A stretch of DNA of 64,000 nucleotides from a virus (lineage: Duplodnaviria > Caudoviricetes): the IMG/VR virus record IMGVR_UViG_2634166429_000001, positions 1 through 64,000 of that record. One strand, written 5' to 3'. Positions 18,600-28,268 of the stretch are shown here, in pieces. The translations under genes were made by a program, and so were the position numbers. How positions within the stretch are numbered: the stretch's first letter is position 1; each line of letters starts with the position of its first letter. The notes beneath the pieces were generated by a model. That model made no database searches, was not told the origin of the DNA, and saw only the letters and a program-made list of their open reading frames with translations.

Positions 18600-18792
18600 G
18601 CCCGCCCCCCAGCGCCCGGACACGCCTGGCCAGAAGGCCGCAGAGAAGGCGCTCACACGGGCCCAACTGGCCCGCCGGGAAGTCGAAGCGCAGCGGTCGG
18701 CCGTATCGCAGGTCGCTTCCCGTCTGGCACGTGAACGCGAGCGCAACCACTTCGCGGAAATGTTCCGCGAGGCCTTCGGAGGGAGGACCTGA
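18562..18792 (+). CDS. Small lysis-cassette protein
   Basis: '[10 protein letters not shown]' motif common in actinophage lysis cassettes; GGAGG RBS. Confidence 0.65.
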   Translation: MRWIRRLLHRRPEPAPQRPDTPGQKAAEKALTRAQLARREVEAQRSAVSQVASRLARERERNHFAEMFREAFGGRT

Positions 18793-19139
18793 TGGACATG
18801 GACTACGCGCAACTGTCGAACGTGTACGCATCAGGCCTGGTCACCCTGTGCTGCACGATCTTCGCTGTCGTCTACCACCTGCACGCCCCCTGGGGGTCCA
18901 CGCCGGTCGGTCGGCACGTCATGACGTTCACCCTGGCCATAGGAGCGCTGGCCGCCTACACGGTGGTGGTGTCGATATGGCCCGACGGCATCTTCGCCAC
19001 CGTCATGCGGTTCGCCCGCGTCCTGCTGCTCCTGGGGATTGCCAGCCTGGTCATTCAGCGGACCCGCATGGTCCTGACCGCCCAGCACGACGGCGTCCTG
19101 CTCCACGAGAACGATCCGCACGACGACTCTGTGACCTGA
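18792..19139 (+). CDS. Membrane protein (holin-like, three TM)
   Basis: Three hydrophobic segments; '[13 protein letters not shown]'. Confidence 0.7.
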   Translation: MDMDYAQLSNVYASGLVTLCCTIFAVVYHLHAPWGSTPVGRHVMTFTLAIGALAAYTVVVSIWPDGIFATVMRFARVLLLLGIASLVIQRTRMVLTAQHDGVLLHENDPHDDSVT

Positions 19140-19153
19140 ACGGGAGCACCACC

Positions 19154-20887
19154 ATGACGACGGTGACGGGAAAGCTGATCGGCTTTGCGGCCGGGCAGCG
19201 GTCGGAGATGAAGGCCACGCTGGTCGACGTCACCGGGACAGAGGCGGTCGGCTACGTGGCCGCCGTGTCCGGCGAGCTCGTACGCCCGGTCGTCATCACG
19301 CCGGACGCCGACGGCGACTGGACGGTCGACCTGACGCCGAATGCGGGGATCGAGTCGGCGGCGGGGGACACCCTGTGGGCGATCCAGGAAGGCCGGGCGA
19401 AGGACGGCACGCCGATCGTCACGTACGTGGCTGTCCCTACTACCGGCACCTGGTGGGCGGGCGACATTCGCGCCGACCTGTCCGACACCCTGACCGGGCA
19501 GTCCACCGTCGTCTACCTCGCCGGCGCAGAGGGCCCCGAGGGGTCAGAGGGGTCAGAGGGGCCGGAAGGCCCGGCCGGCCCGCAGGGGGATCCAGGACCA
19601 GCCGGTCCCACCGGGTCCACTGGTCCGCAAGGCCCGAAGGGGGACACGGGAGCCACCGGCCCCCAGGGACTGACCGGCCTCACCGGGGCGACCGGAGAAA
19701 CGGGCGAGCAGGGACCGCAGGGAGACCCCGGAGCCACCGGCCCCCAGGGGCCGAGCGGACTCACGGGCCCGACCGGAGCCACCGGACCACAAGGGCCCAA
19801 GGGGGATCCGGGGGATACCGGGCCACAGGGGCCGACCGGCCTGACCGGAGCTACAGGCCCGCAGGGGCCCACCGGACCCAAAGGCGACACCGGCGACACT
19901 GGCTCGCAAGGGCCGACCGGCCCGCAACCGCCCCTCGGCGCTGCCGGCGCTGGCGACACCGTGGCCCTGAAGTCGACCGACCCCACGACCACCAACGCGC
20001 GGACCCCCACCCCCCACGCCAGCAGCCACGCATCCGCCGGCTCTGACCCCGTCACCGTCGCCCAATCCCAGGTGAGCGGCCTGAGCGCCGCGCTCGGCGC
20101 TCTCCTGCCGCTCGCCGGTGGCACCATGACCGGCACCCAGAACGCCACCCTGGCCAGCTCAACCACCGTCGCGCAGGCATCCCTCGCATCCGGCGACACC
20201 TTCGACCGGTACCGGCGCGACACCGCTGGACGGCAAGAATGGGGCCCCGGTAACGCGGCCCGGGACACCACCCTGTACCGATCCGGTGCCGACACCCTCG
20301 CCACCGACGACAGCCTGAACGTGGGCGCCAATCTGGCCGTGACGGGCTACGCGCTGGGGCAGGCCACTCCCGCAGCTCACGGGGTCGCCGCCTGGTGCTA
20401 CGACCCGGCGTTGGCGGTCAACTCGACGTCGCTGACCAGCGGCACCCTGTACCTGGTTCGCGTCAACGTCGCTGCCGCCGTCACCGTCACGAAGATCTAC
20501 TGGTGGGCGGGGAACTCCGGGTCAGGTGCTGTCGCTGGCCAGAACGTGGTCGGCCTGTACAGCTCGAGCGGCACGCTGCTGGCGTCGACGAACGTAGACT
20601 CCGCGATCTCGTCGGCCGGTCTCAAGACGACCACGATCACGGGGCAGGCGCTGGCGGCCGGCTCGTACTACTGGGTGGCCCTGTTGTTCAACGCTTCGGT
20701 GCCGCCGACGCTGACCAGGGCTTCAGGTTGGACCGGTGTGGACGCGGCCGCGAACCTGGGCCTGAGTGCATCCGGTTTCCGGTTCGCGACGAACGGGACG
20801 GGTCGCACGGCGCTGCCGTCGACGATCACCCCGGCATCGAATGTGGGGACGGACTTCGCCGGGCCGTGGGCTGCGGTGGGTGCGTGA
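19154..20887 (+). CDS. Collagen-like fibre protein
   Basis: 45 contiguous Gly-X-Y triplets between N- and C-terminal globular domains. Confidence 0.85.
   Translation: MTTVTGKLIGFAAGQRSEMKATLVDVTGTEAVGYVAAVSGELVRPVVITPDADGDWTVDLTPNAGIESAAGDTLWAIQEGRAKDGTPIVTYVAVPTTGTWWAGDIRADLSDTLTGQSTVVYLAGAEGPEGSEGSEGPEGPAGPQGDPGPAGPTGSTGPQGPKGDTGATGPQGLTGLTGATGETGEQGPQGDPGATGPQGPSGLTGPTGATGPQGPKGDPGDTGPQGPTGLTGATGPQGPTGPKGDTGDTGSQGPTGPQPPLGAAGAGDTVALKSTDPTTTNARTPTPHASSHASAGSDPVTVAQSQVSGLSAALGALLPLAGGTMTGTQNATLASSTTVAQASLASGDTFDRYRRDTAGRQEWGPGNAARDTTLYRSGADTLATDDSLNVGANLAVTGYALGQATPAAHGVAAWCYDPALAVNSTSLTSGTLYLVRVNVAAAVTVTKIYWWAGNSGSGAVAGQNVVGLYSSSGTLLASTNVDSAISSAGLKTTTITGQALAAGSYYWVALLFNASVPPTLTRASGWTGVDAAANLGLSASGFRFATNGTGRTALPSTITPASNVGTDFAGPWAAVGA
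19523..19927 (+). repeat. Collagen (Gly-X-Y)45 repeat
   Basis: Counted from GAE GPE GSE to GPT GPQ. Confidence 0.9.
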
Positions 20888-20915
20888 CCGCCGCCCGGAC
20901 GGGATGACCTCGGGG

Positions 20916-20961
20916 TCTGTCCTACACGTTTGGGAATCAAATAACTTGATCATGCTCACGC
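20916..20961 (+). repeat. 46-bp inverted repeat, left copy (candidate recombination site)
   Basis: TCTGTCCTACACGTTTGGGAATCAAATAACTTGATCATGCTCACGC; 43/46 identical to reverse complement of 35608-35653. Confidence 0.9.
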
Positions 20962-21111
20962 TCGCGACCTGGGGAAACGTCCCTGGCTGAGCCCGTCCCA
21001 CACCCCCGGCAGCGCTGCTCCGCTGGCCTCTCGCACCTGGAAAAGATCTACAGACTCCCGGCCGCCGATCCCTGCCCGCCCGGACTGGCCGATGGTACGT
21101 ACGATGGGCTG

Positions 21112-21288
21112 GTGAACGAGTCGTCGATGCCTGTCCCGCCTGCTCCCGTGTGTCCGCCGGCGCACGTCGGCCCGTGTACGGGGTGTGGTCATCCGACGCA
21201 CCGGTACGGGTCGGGCGGGTGCCCGCTGTGCGTGCTGTGCCTCGCGCGGGTGGAGGCGGGGCGGGCGAAGAAGCCAGCCGCGGTCTAG
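21112..21288 (+). CDS. Small Cys-rich protein (58 aa), probably leaderless
   Basis: MNESSMPVPPAPVCPPAHVGPCTGCGHPTHRYGSGGCPLCVLC...; TACGAT -10 six nt upstream; below track length cut-off. Confidence 0.55.
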   Translation: MNESSMPVPPAPVCPPAHVGPCTGCGHPTHRYGSGGCPLCVLCLARVEAGRAKKPAAV

Positions 21289-21298
21289 GGTGCACGAC

Positions 21299-21329
21299 GG
21301 GCCCCGCCTGTTTCCCTCAGGCGGGGCCC
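21299..21329. terminator. Hairpin between convergent genes (bidirectional terminator)
   Basis: GGGCCCCGCCTG-N7-CAGGCGGGGCCC. Confidence 0.65.
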
Positions 21330-21347
21330 ATCTGCGTCCACGTCGTC

Positions 21348-21530
21348 CTATCGGCGGAAGTACTGCCGATAGGGGCAGCCCTCCTCATGCACGGTGCGGT
21401 CGTTCACGGTCCCGCACCATTCGCTGCACTCGGGTTCGCCATCGGTCTGTGTCGGCGGCTCGTGGCGATGGGAGTAGCGGGGATTGATGCAGTCCGGGTC
21501 GTCGCAGTACGGCGTCAGGCTCCTGACCAT
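21348..21530 (-). CDS. Small Cys-rich hypothetical protein
   Basis: GAGG RBS; member of short leftward operon. Confidence 0.5.
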   Translation of the reverse strand: MVRSLTPYCDDPDCINPRYSHRHEPPTQTDGEPECSEWCGTVNDRTVHEEGCPYRQYFRR

Positions 21531-21541
21531 GGTCGGTGTCC

Positions 21542-21691
21542 TCACTTCTCGGCGGCGCGCGCCGCCAGGTGCGGGTAGCGCGCCTCGACTGCCGCCAGGT
21601 GGGCCTTCGCGCGCAGGTACCCCCGGCGGGCGAAGAACAGGTTCCCGACGCTGATCACGAGCGCCAGGACACTCAGCGTGCTGGCCAGCAT
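21542..21691 (-). CDS. Small membrane protein (49 aa)
   Basis: MLASTLSVLALVISVGNLFFARRG...; GAGG RBS. Confidence 0.5.
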   Translation of the reverse strand: MLASTLSVLALVISVGNLFFARRGYLRAKAHLAAVEARYPHLAARAAEK

Positions 21692-21698
21692 TGTGTCC

Positions 21699-21944
21699 TC
21701 ACTTCTTGGTGGTCATGGGGTCGTTCGCCTTCATGTAGGCGATGAGGCTCGCGAGTTCCTCTGACGTCTCCGGGTGGGAGTGTGTGGCGCGTATGGCCGT
21801 CACCTTGGCGACGAACTCCTCGCAAGGCTCGCACCGCCAGTGCTGGCTCGGCGCGTAGTAGAGGGACGGCTTCCAGGTCGGCTTTTCGCAGCGGTCACAG
21901 TCGGGACCGGCTTGCCCGGTCAGCCGACGCCACGTCTTCAGCAT
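21699..21944 (-). CDS. Hypothetical protein with two CxxC motifs
   Basis: CDRC...CEPC; in leftward operon. Confidence 0.6.
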   Translation of the reverse strand: MLKTWRRLTGQAGPDCDRCEKPTWKPSLYYAPSQHWRCEPCEEFVAKVTAIRATHSHPETSEELASLIAYMKANDPMTTKK

Positions 21945-21951
21945 GATGCCC

Positions 21952-22155
21952 TCACTCTTCTCGCTTCGTCGTCTGTCGCTTTGGGTGCTGTACTCGCCAC
22001 TCGTCCACGCCTTGCGCAGGCCAGAGGGATGTCCGTCCGACCTTCTTCGGCTTCGGGAAGTCCGGTGACTTGTTGGCCAGGTTGTAGAGACTCTGGCGGT
22101 TGATGCCGAGTCGTTCTGCTGCTTCGTCGGAGGTCAGGTAGCCGGTCAGGTCCAT
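21952..22155 (-). CDS. AlpA/Xis-like HTH protein
   Basis: 'YLTSDEAAERLGINRQSLY...FPKPKKVGRTSLW'; TACGCT six nt upstream suggests leaderless mRNA. Confidence 0.85.
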   Translation of the reverse strand: MDLTGYLTSDEAAERLGINRQSLYNLANKSPDFPKPKKVGRTSLWPAQGVDEWRVQHPKRQTTKREE

Positions 22156-22176
22156 GGCTTCAGCGTAGGCGGAGTG

Positions 22177-22220
22177 GAGTAGCTTGACTACTGCTACGTT
22201 TAGAGTAGCTCAACTACTCT
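22177..22220. promoter_or_regulatory. Two tandem palindromic operators AGTAG-N5-CTACT in divergent promoter region
   Basis: GAGTAGCTTGACTACT (22177) and AGAGTAGCTCAACTACTCT (22202). Confidence 0.65.
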
Positions 22221-22249
22221 GATGTTGTCTGCACCCAGGAAGGACGCGA

Positions 22250-22864
22250 ATGCCGACAGTGCACGAGCAGATGGCCGCCAAGCTGTTGGATCAGATGCTG
22301 TACAGCCCGAGTGCCGCGCAGGTCCTGGCTGAGACTCGTCAGGACCTGCGCTCAGGCCAGATGGACGCTGCATACAGGGACCGCATCGGCCAGACGCAGC
22401 ACAGGGCGGCGTACTGGCCTCCGGAACAGGCCGCCGCCTTCCTGCGCGTACACACCGGCCTGATGTCGGGCGAGTTCGCGGTGGCGCTGCTTGAGGTGGG
22501 CGAGGTGCCGACCGGGGACGCCGACCGGCGTGTCAACGCGCAGCGGCTGGCCCGGATGCACCCCGCGTTCGCCGTCCAGTTGGACGCCGAGCAGTCCAAT
22601 GCGGAAGGAGACGGGGAAGTCTGCTGGACGGTGCCCATCCGAGCGCAGCGTTCCACTGGACGGCCGCTCGTTGGGGACGCAGCGCCGCGGCCGGAGCTGA
22701 TGGAACACGAAGTGCCGCCTGGCTGCGTGCCGTTGGAGATCGGCCTGACCTTCCCCAGCCGGACTCTGATGCACCTGCTCAAGCATGGCGGGGTGGCGCG
22801 CTGGCCGTACCAGTCGACGTTTGTGGCGCTGCTGCTGAACACCCAGACCGAAGGAGCCGCATGA
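22250..22864 (+). CDS. Hypothetical protein
   Basis: AAGGA RBS; coupled to recombinase gene. Confidence 0.65.
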   Translation: MPTVHEQMAAKLLDQMLYSPSAAQVLAETRQDLRSGQMDAAYRDRIGQTQHRAAYWPPEQAAAFLRVHTGLMSGEFAVALLEVGEVPTGDADRRVNAQRLARMHPAFAVQLDAEQSNAEGDGEVCWTVPIRAQRSTGRPLVGDAAPRPELMEHEVPPGCVPLEIGLTFPSRTLMHLLKHGGVARWPYQSTFVALLLNTQTEGAA

Positions 22865-23691
22865 GCACGCCCAACACCGACCGGACCTACCGCACGCAAC
22901 GCCGCCAGTTCCAAGCATGGTGCGCAGACCGGGGTGTAGACACCACTCCTTGCACGGCGGAGACGTTCACTGGCTACATCAGCTACCTGATCAACGACCG
23001 CCGACTCGCGCCGAGCACGGTCGAGCTCGCCTGGTACGCCATACGCACCTGGCAGCCACATGGGCACTGGTTCGATACCGCGGCCGCCCGTGAGCTGTGG
23101 GACCGCTGGAAGATGGAATGGGCCGCGTCCGACAGGGGCAAGCCTAAGACCGTTCCGATCACCGAAGAAGGATTGCGGGCGATGCTGGCCACTTGCCAGG
23201 ACGATTGGATAGGCCTACGGGACGGATGTCTAATCACCCTGGCGTGGGGCACGGCCATTCTGCGGTCCGAACTCGCGCGATGCATGGCAGGATCAGTTCG
23301 TCTTGTGGACGGCGGCGTACGGCTACAGATGCCGTGCGCGCAGACGAGCGTCCTGGTGCGCGACAGCCAGGACCCGGTCACCAGTGTGGTCCGCTTCACC
23401 GCAGGATGGCTCGCGCACCTCCGCCGCAATGAGCGACATGACGGCTTCCTGTTCCCGAGCTCAGACCGGTGGGGAAACCTCGGCGAGAAGGGCCTTACCG
23501 CGCAGACCTTGCACAGGATCGTATGCGAGCGGGCCGAGGCCGCAGGTCTGGGCACATCGGGCATCAGCTTCACCAGCCTTCGCGTGGGCAGGGCCACCGG
23601 GCGCAGCACCGTGGCCTTCTCCGAGCCGGACGTGGAGCGCTTCGGCCGATGGCAGCCTCCGACATTCGAGGTGCTGTACCCGGCTCGCTAG
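22861..23691 (+). CDS. Cre-like tyrosine recombinase 1 (HxxR motif degenerate)
   Basis: 'GLRDGCLI..LRSEL','DRWGNL','TSLR' for HxxR, 'GRW', terminal Tyr. Confidence 0.75.
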   Translation: MSTPNTDRTYRTQRRQFQAWCADRGVDTTPCTAETFTGYISYLINDRRLAPSTVELAWYAIRTWQPHGHWFDTAAARELWDRWKMEWAASDRGKPKTVPITEEGLRAMLATCQDDWIGLRDGCLITLAWGTAILRSELARCMAGSVRLVDGGVRLQMPCAQTSVLVRDSQDPVTSVVRFTAGWLAHLRRNERHDGFLFPSSDRWGNLGEKGLTAQTLHRIVCERAEAAGLGTSGISFTSLRVGRATGRSTVAFSEPDVERFGRWQPPTFEVLYPAR

Positions 23692-23864
23692 TACCCCTGC
23701 CCGGGTGCCGTCCTTTTTCTTAGGATCACTCCTAGCGAAGAATCGAATCCCAGTCCGGCACGCCCCTGATCTGCACGCCGAGGGATCATCACGGCCCACC
23801 TACACCATAATCACTGTTCTGTGGATCCCCTACGTGTGGGGAAGGACAGCCTGCCAACGGAGGC

Positions 23865-24317
23865 ATGATGGACGATCTGGTGCAGTTCCTGAGTGACCGG
23901 CTCGACGAGGACGAGCAGATCTCCCGCAAGGCTGGCAGCCGGCAACCACGTGGCGACCAGTGGGAGTTCGCTGACATGCACGTCCGAGCTGGAGACGGGG
24001 CCCCCGTAACTCGGCACACGTGGGTTGACGAGGGGGCTCACATCGCTCGCCACGATCCGTCTCGCGTGCTTGCCCAGGTCGACATCGACCGCGAACTGCT
24101 TGGCGAGTACGAGCGCGTGTCCCGCGCCTACGCTGCCCACCGGCAGGAAGCAGATCGCCTCACCGAGTCCGCGGCCGACGACACGGTCCGAAGGAACGCC
24201 CACCGGCGGGAGGCCGACTACCTGCCCGCGATGCTTCACATCCTTGAGCGCTGGGCCAAGCGGAAGGCGGCTGTGCACGACGGTCACCCGGACTACAACG
24301 AGGCATGGCGGCCGTAA
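23865..24317 (+). CDS. DUF6221-like protein
   Basis: 'LVQFLSDRLDEDE','HIARHDPSRVL','HPDYNEAWRP'. Confidence 0.75.
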   Translation: MMDDLVQFLSDRLDEDEQISRKAGSRQPRGDQWEFADMHVRAGDGAPVTRHTWVDEGAHIARHDPSRVLAQVDIDRELLGEYERVSRAYAAHRQEADRLTESAADDTVRRNAHRREADYLPAMLHILERWAKRKAAVHDGHPDYNEAWRP

Positions 24318-24424
24318 CCGGCATCCTCCCCTGTCCCGGATGGCCGCGCCGGGGCAATCATGGTGCCTGAGTCCGGATACTCTCCTCATATCCTGGGTGA
24401 TCAGGGGAGTCGAAGGAGAGCACG

Positions 24425-24709
24425 ATGACAGAGCCGTTCGAGATGCCGCCCGCCAAGACCATGGACGACATCAACAAGGTCGCTGACTTCATCAAGGCGC
24501 GCGTCGAACCCCTACGTGCCAGCGCAAAGTACGACTCTGACCAACGCCGAGCACACCAGGCCCTGCTCGACATGGTGTCCGTCGCCCAAGGCTCGGCCTG
24601 GGCCGAGACGGCCCGTGGCGACGACCCGAGGATGGAGTACTTCTTCCTGGCGACCGCAGCCAGGGAGTGGCGCGGCCACCCCGACTTCCTGCCCGAGTGG
24701 AAGAACTGA
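24425..24709 (+). CDS. Hypothetical protein
   Basis: GAAGGAG RBS; C-terminal 'WRGHPDFLPEW'. Confidence 0.7.
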   Translation: MTEPFEMPPAKTMDDINKVADFIKARVEPLRASAKYDSDQRRAHQALLDMVSVAQGSAWAETARGDDPRMEYFFLATAAREWRGHPDFLPEWKN

Positions 24710-24761
24710 CGGCGGCCGCGATGGGACAGCAACCTCACCTACACCGGGACGGCGGCTCGCG

Positions 24762-25829
24762 GTGAGCACCGAACTCCAGCGGACCGACGCAGCCGAGATC
24801 CACGCCGCATGGGCCGCCCGCTACGGGACCGAAGCAGCCGACCGCCTGATCGAGGCCGAGAATCTGGCCGACGCCATCCGCGCGGCCACCATCCCGCCGA
24901 ACACCACCGACACCTACGCCAAGGGATGGCGGGTGTGGGAACGGTTCTGCACCGCACACGGCCTTCCCCTCACCGAGGGATCGCGCGGCGCCCTCGTCGC
25001 CTTCGTGTCCTGGGCACTGGACCGCGGCCGCCAGGAGCCCGGCCCGAACGGCACCGCCGGATACGCGCCCTCCTCGGTCCAGTCCCATCTGACCGCCACC
25101 GTGGTGGAGTTGCGCCGGCGCGGCCATCCCGTCTCCAAGGACGCGCACTCCGAGGCCCGCGCCACCATCAAGCGACTGACCACCCAGCTAGCCAAGCAAG
25201 GCGAACGCCGCGGCCGCGGCCAAGCCCCGGCGGCCGACCTGGACAACCTGCACCGCATCGCCGCAGCCTGCGACAGCACACCTACAGGGTTCCGGGACCT
25301 GGCGCTGGTCCTGACCGGCTTTCACTTCGCCTCACGCGCCTCCGAGGTGGCCGGCCTGCTGGTCGCTGACGTCACCGTGCACGCCCGCGGCATGAAGGTC
25401 GCCGTAGTGACGGGCAAGACCGAGCGCAGCATCCGCACCGCGAAGATCCCCTACAACCGCGACGAGCCGGCCATCTGCGCCGTCACCGCCTGGCTGCGGT
25501 GGGCCGAAGCGTACGGCCTGACCGATCCTCGGCGTCCGGCTTTCCCCCGCATCGACCGGTGGGGCAACGTCGGGGGGCCGATGTCCCCCGACGCCGTCAC
25601 CGCGGCGGTGGCCAGGATCGCCCGGCGCTCCGGTGTTCCGCTGCGCTGGACCGGGCACAGCCTGCGCTCCGGTCTGGCAACCGAGAGCCGCAGGAACGGC
25701 AAAGACGGGTTGGCGATCTCTGCACAAGGCGGGTGGGCGCCGAACAGCAAGTCCATGATGGGCTACATGCGCAGGGCGGACGAGTGGGATGACAACGCGG
25801 CCGCAGGCCTGCGCCGCCCCAAATCCTGA
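24762..25829 (+). CDS. Cre-like tyrosine recombinase 2 (intact)
   Basis: R (ASRASEV), K (GKT), HSLR, GGW and Tyr (MGYMR) all present. Confidence 0.9.
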   Translation: MSTELQRTDAAEIHAAWAARYGTEAADRLIEAENLADAIRAATIPPNTTDTYAKGWRVWERFCTAHGLPLTEGSRGALVAFVSWALDRGRQEPGPNGTAGYAPSSVQSHLTATVVELRRRGHPVSKDAHSEARATIKRLTTQLAKQGERRGRGQAPAADLDNLHRIAAACDSTPTGFRDLALVLTGFHFASRASEVAGLLVADVTVHARGMKVAVVTGKTERSIRTAKIPYNRDEPAICAVTAWLRWAEAYGLTDPRRPAFPRIDRWGNVGGPMSPDAVTAAVARIARRSGVPLRWTGHSLRSGLATESRRNGKDGLAISAQGGWAPNSKSMMGYMRRADEWDDNAAAGLRRPKS

Positions 25830-25848
25830 CGAGGGGAACTTGCTGACG

Positions 25849-27003
25849 ATGAGCGTCCAGCGGTACAGCGCGCCGTCGGTACGGCAGTTGGCGGCGGCGG
25901 TGGAACGGGTCGCCCCGCGGGATCCGGCGACGTGGGACGGGCGGGAGAAGGCTCCGGGTGCGGGCGGGATCCCGGTGCAGGTGTCGGAGGGGAGGGCGCG
26001 GCAGCTGTGGATGGTGGTCGGCATGTACGCCCGGGCGGTGGGCCGGGAGGAGATGCCGAAGCGGTCGTCGCGGGAGGTCGCCCAGTTGTTCACGCCGCCT
26101 GCGGTGCGCGCGTTCTGGGGGCTCGCGGTGGCGGGGGAGCTCAGGCATTGGGAGAAGGATGCGGGGAAGCCGTTGCCGGTGGCGACGCTGCGGACGGTGC
26201 GGGACTGCCTGAAGATCCTGGCCGCGGTGGCGGTGCCGGGGCGGCGGGTGAAGCTGCCGGTGGTGGAGGATGCGGAGCTGAAGCCGACGGTGGATCCCCG
26301 GCAGTTGACGGCCGTGTACCGGGAGCTCGTCGACCTGGCCGGTGAGGGACCGCTGGAGTTGGACGGGCGGGCGATTCGGGCGCAGGAGCGGGCCCGGCTG
26401 CTGGCGATGGTGTCGGTGGTGCTGGATACGGGGGCGCGTGTGGGGGAGTTGGAGCGGATGAACGTCGACGACCTCGCGCCGGGCCTGGGCGAGGTGCGGG
26501 TGACGCGGCGGCCGCAGCATTCGGACCGGGGGTTCGAGGAGGTCGCGTACCGGCTCGGTGTGGCGCAGTCGACGGTGTCGAAGGTGATGGCGGGTGAGAC
26601 GCAGCGGGCGTCGCATCAGCTGGTGCACGACATCCGCAGGGAGATGGAAGCGTTCCGGGCAGAGGGGCCGCGGGTGGAACGCTACGCGCTGTCGGAGGCG
26701 TCGCGGGTGGCGGTGGGCCGGTGGCTGGACGTCCGGGACGGCCTGGTGGCCGGCATCGAGGGCGGCAAGAGCGCCTTGTGGGTGACGGTGTTGCAGTCGA
26801 AGGCTGGCCCGCCGGGGATCCGGATCCGCGCGCAGGGGTTGGGGCAGTCGTACGGGCGGGGGGTGAACGTCCTGAACTGGTTGATGGCGGGCCGGCCGGG
26901 TTGGGAGCCGCTGCCGGTACGGATGGAGCAGCTACGGCGGGCCGTGGACCCGGTTCCGTTGGAGGACGAGGAAGGGGCGCCCGTGGATACAGGGTGCCGG
27001 TAA
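25849..27003 (+). CDS. Tyrosine-recombinase-like protein with inserted HTH, lacking C-terminal catalytic Tyr
   Basis: 'VLDTGARVGEL' box I; Cro-like HTH 'FEEVAYRLGVAQSTVSKV'; 'EQLR' then stop soon after. Confidence 0.7.
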   Translation: MSVQRYSAPSVRQLAAAVERVAPRDPATWDGREKAPGAGGIPVQVSEGRARQLWMVVGMYARAVGREEMPKRSSREVAQLFTPPAVRAFWGLAVAGELRHWEKDAGKPLPVATLRTVRDCLKILAAVAVPGRRVKLPVVEDAELKPTVDPRQLTAVYRELVDLAGEGPLELDGRAIRAQERARLLAMVSVVLDTGARVGELERMNVDDLAPGLGEVRVTRRPQHSDRGFEEVAYRLGVAQSTVSKVMAGETQRASHQLVHDIRREMEAFRAEGPRVERYALSEASRVAVGRWLDVRDGLVAGIEGGKSALWVTVLQSKAGPPGIRIRAQGLGQSYGRGVNVLNWLMAGRPGWEPLPVRMEQLRRAVDPVPLEDEEGAPVDTGCR

Positions 27004-27042
27004 GAATGCTGTCATGAGCCGCAAACGACAGGGAGGACACCG

Positions 27043-27627
27043 ATGACGATCTACCAGACCCCGGCTGAGCCCGGGAAAATCCGGCCTTACGCACCACTTG
27101 ACCCGCAGGCACTGCACGGCCTCGCACAACACGCCATGGACGTGTTGATGCCTGCGGCTATCGGGCCCGAGCGCGAGCCCCTGGGTGAGGCCGGCGCTCA
27201 GCTCGCCATCGCGCTGTCCGCGTTCGCCAGGTTGGTGGAGGCCAACGCCGACGACCAGCTCGCCGACGGCGAGGACGTCGTGGAGCGGCTCCGCCGGGCC
27301 TCGCTCCATGTACACGAGCACATGGCCGCTGCGGTGCCGTCACAAGACCTCGACTCCCGGAACGTCGACGTGATCGAGAGCTGCCTGGAAGAGGGGCTGC
27401 CGGTGATTGGGTCGATGACGGCGGTGCTGTTGCTTGCTGGCGGTCAGACGGCCACGGTCCGGCTGACGAAGGAAACCGCGCACCAGGAGGTCGAGCTGAC
27501 CGACGGTCGGACGGCCCGGCTCCCCGCTGCCGATCACCTGATCGTCCGCGACGGGCTGCACGAACTGGCGCGGCTGCTCGCCCCTCTGACTCGGGAGGCC
27601 GGTACGGGCGGGGAGCAGCGTGGTTGA
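27043..27627 (+). CDS. Hypothetical protein
   Basis: GGAGG RBS; plausible globular ORF. Confidence 0.6.
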   Translation: MTIYQTPAEPGKIRPYAPLDPQALHGLAQHAMDVLMPAAIGPEREPLGEAGAQLAIALSAFARLVEANADDQLADGEDVVERLRRASLHVHEHMAAAVPSQDLDSRNVDVIESCLEEGLPVIGSMTAVLLLAGGQTATVRLTKETAHQEVELTDGRTARLPAADHLIVRDGLHELARLLAPLTREAGTGGEQRG

Positions 27628-27690
27628 ACTGAGGGTAGACCGGTGGTGAGTTGATCGGATACTCTTCGCGTGCGTAATCAGAGTGCGTGC

Positions 27691-27729
27691 AGGCCACCAA
27701 CCCAGTTCGGGTCGGTGGCCTTCTTCGTA
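27691..27729 (-). terminator. Repeated hairpin, copy 1
   Basis: AGGCCACCAACCC-AGTTC-GGGTCGGTGGCCT directly after stop of 27736..28149. Confidence 0.65.
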
Positions 27730-27735
27730 TCAGGA

Positions 27736-28149
27736 TCAGAAGTTGGGGTCGTTCCGCGGGCAGCCTTCCCGGTGCTTCGGGATCCGACAGTCGAATGCCG
27801 GAGCCGCGCACTGCGGGCACTCGTCCAGCCTCTCCTCGGACTGAGTGGGCCGGTTGGCGTCCACCTGCTCGCGAACCCAGGCGGGCCACTCTTCCGGCGT
27901 CTCCAGGTAGTCGGGGTGGACGAAGGCGGCCTTGTCCTCCTCGTCGTCCAGGATGTAGCTGATGCTGGTGACGGTGGTGGTGGGGTCGGTGCCGGGCTTC
28001 GTGGTCGTCTCGTAGCTCAGGGCGAGTTCGGTGACCGGCACGATCCGCGGGTAGTCGGGGTGGTTGCCGAGGTCGATGGTGACCGGGTCGTCCATGCGGA
28101 GGCGCACAGAGTGGGTGCTGCTCTGGTGGATGACGGTTGTGGCTGTCAT
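27736..28149 (-). CDS. Hypothetical protein
   Basis: GGAGG RBS; 137 aa. Confidence 0.7.
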   Translation of the reverse strand: MTATTVIHQSSTHSVRLRMDDPVTIDLGNHPDYPRIVPVTELALSYETTTKPGTDPTTTVTSISYILDDEEDKAAFVHPDYLETPEEWPAWVREQVDANRPTQSEERLDECPQCAAPAFDCRIPKHREGCPRNDPNF

Positions 28150-28229
28150 GTGGTGTTCCTCCGGTGAACGAGTCTGGTGTGTTGCCGTGAGATTTTGCTA
28201 CGCTGCGCGTGCGCGATCACTGACTTTCG

Positions 28230-28268
28230 AGGCCACCAACCCAATACGGGCCGGTGGCCTTCGTCGTA
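28230..28268 (-). terminator. Repeated hairpin, copy 2
   Basis: AGGCCACCAACCC-AATAC-GGGCCGGTGGCCT after PP2C stop. Confidence 0.65.

Noticed and set aside
13676-20887. Diversity-generating retroelement or tail-fibre shufflon
   Set aside because: No reverse transcriptase, no TR/VR pair and no inverted alternative fibre tips were seen.
22861-27003. RIT (recombinase-in-trio) element
   Set aside because: The three genes are not contiguous, two are Cre-like, and the inverted repeats lie 2 and 8.6 kb away rather than directly flanking them.
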